Shown here piece by piece: positions 24,801 through 34,080 of a stretch of 64,000 nt of DNA. Every line of letters starts with the position of its first letter. The first letter of the stretch is position 1. The translations under genes and the position numbers were made by a program. The notes below the pieces were generated by a model, which had not been told where the DNA came from, ran no database searches, and saw only the letters and a list, made by a program, of their open reading frames with translations. The stretch is from Thecamonas trahens ATCC 50062. Lineage: Eukaryota > Protista > Apusomonadida. The stretch is from contig NW_013657618.1 of assembly GCF_000142905.1 (NCBI RefSeq), positions 62,001 to 126,000 on the forward strand. Reading direction: 5' to 3'.

Positions 24801-25067
24801 NNNNNNNNNNNNNNNNNNNNNNNNNNNNNNNNNNNNNNNNNNNNNNNNNNNNNNNNNNNNNNNNNNNNNNNNNNNNNNNNNNNNNNNNNNNNNNNNNNNN
24901 NNNNNNNNNNNNNNNNNNNNNNNNNNNNNNNNNNNNNNNNNNNNNNNNNNNNNNNNNNNNNNNGGGGGAGGGGAGGGGGGGGGAGCGAGGGAGGACATAC
25001 CGGCTGCGTGGGTGCCTGCAAGAAGGACCATAAAGGCCATGGCCACAAGGAGCGCTCGTTGGCCCAT
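21868..25067 (-). CDS. Type I transmembrane receptor-like RasGAP (signal peptide, LamG/ConA-like domain, Cys-rich repeats, TM, RasGAP); exons 25067-25001 and 24473-21868
   Basis: Exon 1 MGQRALLVAMAFMVLLAGTHAA then G|GTATGT; acceptor GGAACAG|TG in matching phase 1. LamG: GLAAYFPMEG..ATISLWVK..WTQLTVTW..VYING..IDNLAMWNRELTAAEI. CxxC repeats at 23230-23570; TM at ~23077-23151; GAP motifs TLFRQNS, GGFFFLRLFCPAITSP, LVAKVIQNAAN, KEEFMVQLN. The intron contains an N-gap that could hide further exons. Confidence 0.88.
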
Positions 25068-25264
25068 TGCGCGTGAATTGGACGAAAAGTCGAGTATGGC
25101 GTGTTCCTGTTTGGAGTGGCCGGCCAAGGCCAAGAGCGGTCGAATCAGCATTGTCGGCGATGACGACCAGAACGACCCCCCCCCTCCCCCCCCACCCCCC
25201 AATGCCATCCAGGTTGGATAGCATGGTTTCTTGGTCAATCATGTGTTTGCCATCACGTTAATCG

Positions 25265-27256
25265 ATGGAGACTGTACGAGATTGGCGTACAACTCGCCAC
25301 GGCCATGCCGGAACAGGTCGCACACACAGCACGTTGGATGTCATGTGGTGGGGAATGAGATGGGCGGGATGTGATGGCACTGCGATGGTCTTGACGAGAG
25401 TGTGCGGTGGGACGGGGACGACGACAGGAGCAAGAGCGGGTGTTGGCTCCGAGCACGAGGTACGCAACTGGGCTCACACACCACACGCCTCGGACACCCC
25501 CCCCCAAGCTATTAGCAGCACGACCCGTCTCGGGAAGAAGATGTCGCGGCGACTGGGTGGGCACGGAGCAGCGGCGCGACTTGCGCGGCAAGTGCGGCGG
25601 GCGGGAGGGCGGTCCGGGTGGGAGGACGGTGGCGGGTTGGGAAGCGGTAACGACGACATGCTGGCCGACGAGATGGAGAGCGCGGTGAAGGAGATGGCGC
25701 AGGAGCGGCGGGTGACGCAGTCGTTGGAGCAAGTCTTTGCCCGCAAGGTGCGGACAGATGACGAGCTGCAAGCCATCTACGACCTGGCCAAGCCGCTGCA
25801 GGGCTTTGACAAGTACGCCGAGTACACCAAGCGTGAGCTGTGCAAGGTCATGCACTACGAGCGGTACGACGGCGTGGCCAAGCGAGTGGTCTTCTACGAG
25901 GGCGACCCGCCCGACGGCTGGTATTTAGTGCTCTCGGGCAAGCTCGATGGCAAGAAGCTGCCGCCGGATTCGGACATTGACGAGCTCAAGGCCATGTCGG
26001 CCGACATCGAGTCGCTCTCCACCGCCGTCTTTACTCTTGGTCGCGGCAAGGCCTTTGGCGAGGGCGCCCTGCAGCGGTCGTCGGGCTCGGCCACGCCGGG
26101 CCTCCGTGCCGCCACCATTGTGGCCAACGAGCCGGTCGAGCTGCTCAAGGTCGGCCTGGAGGACTACATCAAGCTGCTGCAGATCGAGGAGGACAAGAAC
26201 ATCGAGGCCACGGTGGCGTTTCTCAAGCGCATGCCGCTGTTTGCAGACCCCGAGTGGACGCACGGCAAGCTGCGCAACGTGGCCCAGACCTTCACCGTGG
26301 CGCAGTACATGCCGAACAAGCTCATCTACCAGCAGAGTGTGACCCACGGCGACGCGTTCTACATTGTCAAGTCGGGCACCTGCCGTATCGTCAAGGAGCT
26401 GGACATCCCGTACACCGACGCAGGTGGGCGGACCCGGATCAAAAAGGTCTTCCTCCACATCAACACGCTCGAGGAGGGCGCGCACTTTGGCGAGTATGCC
26501 ATCATCGAGGGCTGCCGCCGCTCGTCCTCGGTATGCTCCGTCTCCAACGTCCTGCTCTACGTCATGCCCTCGGCCGAGTTCAAAAAGTACATTGTCGACA
26601 AGACTCGCCAGAAGCTTCTCGATCGCATCAAGACCTATCCGTCCGAAGCTGACATCATCAAGTCATACAAGCAGCAGCAAGAGTGGAACCGCTACAAGCG
26701 CAAGCTCGTCACTTCCACTCTCTCGTACGGCGCCCGCGCCACAACCTCGTTTGCCTCCACATTTCGCTCGACAACCTCGGCTCCATCGTCAGTTCTCACT
26801 CAGTCGCTCGCCGACGCCAAGCGCTCGTCGTACGGCGCGCCGCTGCCGGCAACAGCATCGCTCTCGCGACAACGGCCGCGGCGAGCGCTCGACAGCGACC
26901 GGTCCAGTCGGCCCGGCCGCCGCCGCCGGGTAGGCGCGGGTACCGCATCCGTGGCCGCGGGAAGCGCAGGTGCCAGCGACGACGACCCGCCAGCAACTGA
27001 CCGCCCAGCAACCGGGCGCACTCGCTCGCGCTGGCTGCCCGGCGCCCGGTCGATCGACGCCAAGCTCCTCCGCGAGCAGGGCGTCCGCGGCGGCGGCTCG
27101 CTGAGAGCCGGCACCGTCAAGCCGTCGCTCGTGCCGGCCGGCCGGTCATCGGTCTCGCTCGCGCCGGCGCTGGCGTACCAGCCGAGCTCGGCTACGTGGA
27201 GCAGTGCCGGCGTCCGGTCGTCGCGGCGTGCAGCCGCGGCGTCGTGGGCAGAGTAA
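25265..27256 (+). CDS. Tandem cyclic-nucleotide-binding domain protein (CNBD2-like); 5' exon structure uncertain
   Basis: Two CNB domains: VFYEGDPPDGWYLVLSG..GKAFGEGAL..RAATIVA and IYQQ..DAFYIVKSG..GAHFGEYAI..RSSSVCS; basic disordered tail. A possible intron ends at ~25508 (GGCTCAC branch, AAG). Confidence 0.85.
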   Translation: METVRDWRTTRHGHAGTGRTHSTLDVMWWGMRWAGCDGTAMVLTRVCGGTGTTTGARAGVGSEHEVRNWAHTPHASDTPPQAISSTTRLGKKMSRRLGGHGAAARLARQVRRAGGRSGWEDGGGLGSGNDDMLADEMESAVKEMAQERRVTQSLEQVFARKVRTDDELQAIYDLAKPLQGFDKYAEYTKRELCKVMHYERYDGVAKRVVFYEGDPPDGWYLVLSGKLDGKKLPPDSDIDELKAMSADIESLSTAVFTLGRGKAFGEGALQRSSGSATPGLRAATIVANEPVELLKVGLEDYIKLLQIEEDKNIEATVAFLKRMPLFADPEWTHGKLRNVAQTFTVAQYMPNKLIYQQSVTHGDAFYIVKSGTCRIVKELDIPYTDAGGRTRIKKVFLHINTLEEGAHFGEYAIIEGCRRSSSVCSVSNVLLYVMPSAEFKKYIVDKTRQKLLDRIKTYPSEADIIKSYKQQQEWNRYKRKLVTSTLSYGARATTSFASTFRSTTSAPSSVLTQSLADAKRSSYGAPLPATASLSRQRPRRALDSDRSSRPGRRRRVGAGTASVAAGSAGASDDDPPATDRPATGRTRSRWLPGARSIDAKLLREQGVRGGGSLRAGTVKPSLVPAGRSSVSLAPALAYQPSSATWSSAGVRSSRRAAAASWAE

Positions 27257-27276
27257 CATGTGAGCACCAGTCTGAC

Positions 27277-28311
27277 CTACGGTGGCGTCAGGGCTGCCAT
27301 CCACTCGTCGTGCATAGTGGTCGACGAGCAGCGGAGGAAGACGTGCGGGCTGCCGTCGCTCGTCACCACGTTGATGAGCGTTTTTTCCGGCGAGACAATC
27401 GAGAGCGTGCCACTCCCGCCGGCCATGTCCAGCACGTACAGGACGGCGCCGACGGCCGGTGCGTCGACTGCAGGCTCGGCGTCGAGCACCACCAGGACGC
27501 CGAGGCGGGCAACACCCCATCCGCGGGTCCAGCGCGCGGCGTCAGGCTTGCGGAACTCGAGAACGCCGGCGTAGCCGCCATCGGCCGCCATGGCGCGGAG
27601 GTCGTCGACCGCGGCGCGGAACGGGAGCGTGACAGGCGCAGAGGCCCAGAGCGCGCCGCGCGAGCCCGGCGGCTGCGGCTGCGGGTTGTCATCGATGCCA
27701 CCGTTGGGCGCAAAGACCAGCGGCGGCGGCGGCTGGATGGCAATGAGCGCATCGGACTGAGCAGCAGGGCCAGAACCGGGCACAGCTGGGACAATATCGG
27801 GGAGCTCAGCCGAGACCGGCGACGACGGCAGTGGCTCGTCGCTCCCGTTGAGCACGTCCTCGCCCGAGAGCAAGGTCTCAAAGGCGAAAGCCTTCATAAA
27901 AGGCGCGTCCGCCGGTGGCTCGGGAAGCAGCTCTTCGTCCGAGTTGGCCTTGCTTCCATGTTCTCCCGGCAGCATCGGCAGCAACGGCGAGGACGGTGTG
28001 CCAGGCGGAGATCGGAGCGAGCCGGTCGACTGGCGCTTGACCAGCGAGCCGCCACCATCGGATGCGCTCGGCGACGTCGGGGTCTGCGGCTGGTTGGGAT
28101 GCGACAAGTCGCTGGCCGAGCTCCGAGCCTTGGCCAGGGCCAGGGTGGCCACGTTCGCCTGAACAGAGATCGACCGCGAGGTGGTCGACGATGAGCGGGT
28201 CTTTGACGAGCTTGGCGGGAGCGGCGGGAGCGCCCGCTTCTTGGCCCCAGTCACCGACGCCGACCGCCCATTGCGGGTTGCCAGGTGCGGCGGGCGCTTG
28301 GCAGGGTCCAT
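27277..28311 (-). CDS. Pro/Ser-rich protein with C-terminal PH-like domain
   Basis: gccATG MDPAKRPP; YAGVLEFRK..RWTRGWGVARLGVLVV..HVFLRCSSTTMHDEWMAAL fits the PH fold pattern. Confidence 0.7.
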   Translation of the reverse strand: MDPAKRPPHLATRNGRSASVTGAKKRALPPLPPSSSKTRSSSTTSRSISVQANVATLALAKARSSASDLSHPNQPQTPTSPSASDGGGSLVKRQSTGSLRSPPGTPSSPLLPMLPGEHGSKANSDEELLPEPPADAPFMKAFAFETLLSGEDVLNGSDEPLPSSPVSAELPDIVPAVPGSGPAAQSDALIAIQPPPPLVFAPNGGIDDNPQPQPPGSRGALWASAPVTLPFRAAVDDLRAMAADGGYAGVLEFRKPDAARWTRGWGVARLGVLVVLDAEPAVDAPAVGAVLYVLDMAGGSGTLSIVSPEKTLINVVTSDGSPHVFLRCSSTTMHDEWMAALTPP

Positions 28312-28421
28312 GGCGGGGTGCAAAGTGGTGTGGAGAGGAGCGGTGTGTGGAGAAGGGTGGGGGGGTGGGGTGGGGGTGGGAGGGCTGCCTGTCGTCCTCG
28401 TTTTCCAGGTGCGGGTGTAGC

Positions 28422-28691
28422 GGGGGATAATCATTGGTCTTGATGGATTTATCGTAGTGTGGGTGGTGTGGCGGGGGATAATCATTGGTCTTGATGGATT
28501 TATCGTAGTGTGGGTGGTGTGGCGGGGGATAATCATTGGTCTTGATGGATTTATCGTAGTGTGGGTGGTTTGCCTGGTGTCCTGCCTTTGTTCGAAAGCG
28601 ATCGATGGTTTGGCAATGGCAGCCGTGGGACCGTGTGGCGGACGACTTGAATTTGGAACGATACCCTTGACTCTTCATTTCATCATGTACG
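28422..28691. repeat. Module 1: three 51-bp minisatellite units plus ~125-bp tail
   Basis: Unit GGGGGATAATCATTGGTCTTGATGGATTTATCGTAGTGTGGGTGGTGTGGC at 28422, 28473 and 28524; tail 28570-28691. Confidence 0.95.
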
Positions 28692-28710
28692 TCAGAACAA
28701 GGTAAGTTGG

Positions 28711-29444
28711 GGGGGATAATCATTGGTCTTGATGGATTTTATCGTAGTGTGGGGTGGTGTGGTGGGGGATAATCATTGGTCTTGATGGGATTTATCGTAG
28801 TGTGGGGTGGTGTGGTGGGGGATAATCATTGGTCTTGATGGATTTATCGTAGCGTGGGTGGTGTGGTGGGGGATAATCATTGGACTTGATGGATTTATCG
28901 TAGTGTGGGTGGTGTGGTGGGGGATAATCATTGGTCTTGATGGATTTATCGTAGTGTGGGTGGTGTGGCGGGGGATAATCATTGGTCTTGATGGATTTAT
29001 CGTAGTGTGGGTGGTGTGGTGGGGGATAATCATTGGTCTTGATGGATTTATCGTAGCGTGGGTGGTGTGGTGGGGGATAATCATTGGTCTTGATGGATTT
29101 ATCGTAGTGTGGGTGGTGTGGCGGGGGATAATCATTGGTCTTGATGGATTTATCGTAGTGTGGGTGGTGTGGTGGGGGATAATCATTGGTCTTGATGGAT
29201 TTATCGTAGTGTGGGTGGTGTGGCGGGGGATAATCATTGGACTTGATGGATTTATCGTAGTGTGGGTGGTGTGGCGGGGGATAATCATTGGTCTTGATGG
29301 ATTTATCGTAGTGTGGGTGGTTTGGCTGGTGTCCTGCCTTTGTTCGAAAGCGATCGATGGTTTGGCAATGGCAGCCGTGGGACCGTGTGGCGGACGACTT
29401 GAATTTGGAACGATACCCTTGACTCTTCATTTCATCATGTACGT
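28711..29444. repeat. Module 2: twelve 51-bp minisatellite units plus near-identical ~125-bp tail
   Basis: Units from 28711 to ~29321; tail 29322-29444 is near-identical to 28570-28691. Confidence 0.95.
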
Positions 29445-29759
29445 AGCAGAGGTGAGAGCACCACCACAGTAGCCATAGTATCCACGAGCACACGCGGTAC
29501 TACCTCCCGTGATACCCGTACTCTACATATGTCCTTCTCCCCATCTTCCGCTCAGACCGCCGCCATATCCCGCCCGCAATGGCTGTCCCTCCCGCTGCTG
29601 CCGAGTGTGGGGGGGATGAGATGCGACTGTCACATTTTTGTATGACTCCTCCGGTCCCGCCGCCATTGTCGGCCCCTACCACCCGCATACACCATCCTTT
29701 CCAACCACCATCGCCACTATGGCCAGTATACGTGTCCTCGACTCTCCATGCAACTGGCC

Positions 29760-30369
<610 letters not shown>

Positions 30370-30512
30370 GAGCAGGTAAAATCCCATGGATCTGTGGCGC
30401 CATTGTACGCGGCACCGCATACGCTCTGCTTGCTTCATAGATAGATACAAGCGGCAAAAAGACTGGGTGTTACTTGGCCCTCCATCTGGTGCGCCGAGCG
30501 GGGCGGGGCGGG

Positions 30513-31622
30513 TTACCCGTCAATGGTAGCGGCCACGATCTGGAGAACGTCCTCGTCGGCAAGGACGTGCTTGAGGCCGACGCGCTGCGGATTGGGGTTA
30601 AACTTGGACGAGCGGCCCCAGACGGTGGCGTACTTAAAAGTGTTGACCATGTCGTTGTGGATGGAGCGGCAGACGGACTCGACGTCTGTGCCGTCACGGA
30701 GGATGAACGGCTCGTCAAAGTCGGGCATGGCCGAGCGCTTCTTGGTGTAGACGCGGGTGAGGTCGAGGTAGTCCCAGATGGACTCGATGAGCCAGTCGAG
30801 GTTGATGTCCCACGCGCATGAGATGACGATGGTGTCGGGCTGGTTTGCCAGCCGCTCGACCTCCTCCATCCACACCGTGTCCATCTTGTTGTACACGTAG
30901 AGGCAGCGGATGTACCGGCGGTTGCCCTGGATGACGTCGATGAACTGCTGCATGGTGGCATCCTCGCGGAAGAGGACTTCAGCGTGGTGGATTTTGTACG
31001 TCGAGAGAATTGACTTGACCACGTTCTCGTCGATCTTGGTCAGCGGGACCGTCGAGTTGAACTGGATGCCGCCGCCCTTCTTGACCTTGAACGTGATGTC
31101 CGGCGGCTGCTCGTTGAGGCGAATGCCGACCGACTCGAGTTCGGCCTCGAGCAGCTTGCGCTGGATCTCGCCCTTGGACGCGTCCATCATCATCAGAATG
31201 AGGTCCGACGTCCGCGCCACGCCGATGACCTGGCGGCCGCGGCCCTTGCCCTTGGCGGCGCCCTCGATGATGCCCGGTAGATCCAGGAGCTGGATGTTGG
31301 CGCCCATGTACTCGATGACGCCTGGAATGCACGTGAGGGTCGTGAACTCGTATGCGCCCGACGTCGACTCGGTATCGGTCACCTTTGACAGCAACGTCGA
31401 CTTGCCGACCGAGGGAAAGCCGACCATGGAGACGCGGGCATCGCCGGCCTTGGCCACGTCAAAGCCCTCGCCCTTGCCAGAGCTCTTCGGACCCTCCATC
31501 ATCTCTGCACGCGCCTTGGCCAGCTTGGCCCGCAGAGAGCCCAAGTGCTTCTCCGTCGCCTTGTTCTTCTGCGTCCGCGCAATCTCCGCCTCGAGGTCCT
31601 TAATCTTGTCCAGCAAGCCCAT
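30513..31622 (-). CDS. DRG2: Developmentally regulated GTP-binding protein 2 (OBG family)
   Basis: MGLLDKIKDLEAEIARTQKNKAT, GFPSVGKST, YEFTTLTCIPG, DLPGIIEGA, NKMD, C-terminal TGS domain; the KGEIQRKLLEAELESVGIRLN segment is DRG2-type. Confidence 0.93.
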   Translation of the reverse strand: MGLLDKIKDLEAEIARTQKNKATEKHLGSLRAKLAKARAEMMEGPKSSGKGEGFDVAKAGDARVSMVGFPSVGKSTLLSKVTDTESTSGAYEFTTLTCIPGVIEYMGANIQLLDLPGIIEGAAKGKGRGRQVIGVARTSDLILMMMDASKGEIQRKLLEAELESVGIRLNEQPPDITFKVKKGGGIQFNSTVPLTKIDENVVKSILSTYKIHHAEVLFREDATMQQFIDVIQGNRRYIRCLYVYNKMDTVWMEEVERLANQPDTIVISCAWDINLDWLIESIWDYLDLTRVYTKKRSAMPDFDEPFILRDGTDVESVCRSIHNDMVNTFKYATVWGRSSKFNPNPQRVGLKHVLADEDVLQIVAATIDG

Positions 31623-32523
31623 GGTGTCCGTCTGCTCGCCAAGGGGAAGACTGTGGGTGGGGTGGGTGGGGTATGGGTAGGGGTAGGGGTAGAGATGGGG
31701 TGGGGTGGGGGTGGGGTGGTAGAGAGTGACGTGGGGAGAGCAACAANNNNNNNNNNNNNNNNNNNNNNNNNNNNNNNNNNNNNNNNNNNNNNNNNNNNNN
31801 NNNNNNNNNNNNNNNNNNNNNNNNNNNNNNNNNNNNNNNNNNNNNNNNNNNNNNNNNNNNNNNNNNNNNNNNNNNNNNNNNNNNNNNNNNNNNNNNNNNN
31901 NNNNNNNNNNNNNNNNNNNNNNNNNNNNNNNNNNNNNNNNNNNNNNNNNNNNNNNNNNNNNNNNNNNNNNNNNNNNNNNNNNNNNNNNNNNNNNNNNNNN
32001 NNNNNNNNNNNNNNNNNNNNNNNNNNNNNNNNNNNNNNNNNNNNNNNNNNNNNNNNNNNNNNNNNNNNNNNNNNNNNNNNNNNNNNNNNNNNNNNNNNNN
32101 NNNNNNNNNNNNNNNNNNNNNNNNNNNNNNNNNNNNNNNNNNNNNNNNNNNNNNNNNNNNNNNNNNNNNNNNNNNNNNNNNNNNNNNNNNNNNNNNNNNN
32201 NNNNNNNNNNNNNNNNNNNNNNNNNNNNNNNNNNNNNNNNNNNNNNNNNNNNNNNNNNNNNNNNNNNNNNNNNNNNNNNNNNNNNNNNNNNNNNNNNNNN
32301 NNNNNNNNNNNNNTTCAATGGGGGGGTGGGCAGGACGAAAAGCGGATCGCATGGGTTGCCCCCCCAGCCAGCCACCCGCCACCGCCCGCCAGCCACCCGC
32401 CACCGCCCGCCAGCCACCCGCTGAAGAACCGACTCGCTTTCGGCCCAAGCCACAGCCAGGACTCCAAGCCACCACCACCACACACTACAACTACGACCCA
32501 CTTAACCCCGAACCCATACAACA

Positions 32524-32908
32524 ATGGTACGCGCCCCTCCCCCCCTCCCCCCCTCCCCCTCCCCCTCCCCTCCCCCCCCCCCCCCTCTCCTGCCTCACCC
32601 CCGCACTCACCCCTCCTGGCCCACAGCTCTTCTACTCGTTCTTCAAGACACTGGTGGACCAGCGTGTGGTCATCGAGCTCAAGAACGGGCTGACTATCGA
32701 GGGCTCGCTCCACTCTGTCGACCAGTTCCTCAACTGCAAGCTCAACGATGTCAAGGTCGACGACGAGGCAAAGTTCCCCCATCTCGTCTCGCTCACAAAC
32801 TGCTTTGTCCGTGGCTCGGTCATCCGCTACATTCAGCTGCCCAAGGACGCTGTTGATCTCGACGTTCTCGAGGATGCTACCCGGAAGGAGCTCGAAGCTG
32901 ATGCGTAG
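32524..32908 (+). CDS. LSM2: U6 snRNA-associated Sm-like protein LSm2; exons 32524-32526 and 32627-32908
   Basis: ATG|GTACGC...ACTCAC...CACAG|CTC gives MLFYSFFKTLV..ELKN..GSLHSVDQFLN..NCFVRGSVIRYIQLP..LEDATRKE. Confidence 0.95.
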
Positions 32909-33188
32909 AGAGCTCGAGGGTGTGCGCGAGTATGCCCGCGAGTGTGCACCCGACGATGCGCGTGAGTGTGCGAGAGAGTGGGTGTGGTCGTGCCCGCGAG
33001 TCGCTCGCTGTCTCAAGCGAAGTTCCCCTTCCTCCACATCCACCCACATTCCACGCCAGCAAGACGGTCTCTGGCCGCAAGCTCTGGGCGGAAGCACGTG
33101 CAAGATCAGCCAAACGGTGAACGAGATCGCAGTGCGCTCGGTGAGATGGATGACCTCCTTGCTTCCGCCTCTTCGGTCGAGGATGGCA

Positions 33189-33939
33189 CTAAACACGCTG
33201 TGCGCCAGATGTGCTTGGACACGCGAGCGATGCCTGCCAGTAGGCGTCAAACAGGGCCTCGGCCTGGGCGTAGAGCGAGGACTCGGGGCCGGATAGCGGT
33301 GGACCGGCGGCACCGATCCGGTCGACGTCCGGCCTGGCGGCGGCCATGTTGGCGGTGACAACAAAGGACTCGACATTGGGGATGGAGGCCCGAGGTGGGG
33401 AGGTTGATGAAGCCGATGATTGTTGCCTGGGCAAAGAGGTACAGCTTGGTGTGGGGCGTGTCGCCCGGCCAAAACCGTGCTCTGACCCGATTCTTGCCAA
33501 ATTCACGAATGAGCAGGTTGATCTTGCTTGTGGCCTTGCCTGGCGGGTTCTGTTTCTCGTCGGCCACCACCCGCAACACCAGGCTGTTGGTGGTCGCCAT
33601 CGCCGCCCGCACTACCTCGTCCACGGCTGTGTCCGAGAACTTGTACACTACCTACCGCATATCCTCCCCACTCGTGGCTTGGCCAACCAGCTGCGAGAGC
33701 GCATCAAAGCCCGAGATGTCGATCGTCTAGTATAGTCGTATTCCGCCGTGCCCCTACGTCAGCAATCCGTCCAAGAACTTGTCCGATCTGGCCAACGACC
33801 GCCACGCTGCCCGTCCGCTGTTGCTGCTACTGCTGCCGCCGGCGCCGTCTAGTGAGTCACCGACACTTGCTGCCGCGGCGACTGCCGCGATCGCGACTAT
33901 GAGCGCCACCCCCATCATCACACTGAGAGATGCAGCCAT
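33189..33939 (-). pseudogene. Disrupted secreted phospholipase D-superfamily (single HKD, Nuc/Zucchini-like) gene
   Basis: Signal peptide MAASLSVMMGVALIVAIAAVAAA; in-frame TAG at 33756, 33729 and 33654; VYKFSD..LRVVAD..HTKLYLFAQATIIGFINL (degenerate HxKx4Dx5-6GSxN); frameshift at GGGG 33378-33381 into NVESFVVT...ALFDAYWQAS. Confidence 0.62.
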
Positions 33940-34080
33940 GGTCGGTGTGGGAGAGTGAGATGTACGCGGCGGAGAGGGGAGAGAGGGAGACGGCCAAGAA
34001 GACAGCAGGTTGGACAATGATTTGTTACGAAGGCTAGGATGGTTGGTGTGTATGGTGTGGTGTGGTGGTGTGGACGGAGA

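Noticed and set aside
28570-28691. C/D-box snoRNA in the repeat tail (ATGATGA on the minus strand)
   Set aside because: No downstream CTGA box D or terminal stem was found in either copy.
28422-29321. CRISPR array
   Set aside because: The units are contiguous with no unique spacers, there are no cas genes, and the context is eukaryotic.
31623-32501. N-terminal extensions of DRG2 and other ORFs running through N-gaps
   Set aside because: Artefacts of translating Ns; the conserved starts lie downstream.
33652-33756. TAG reassignment, or a 31-nt intron explaining the PLD stops
   Set aside because: TAG terminates conserved genes in this window; the GTAGGG..TAG intron is out of phase and leaves the third stop.
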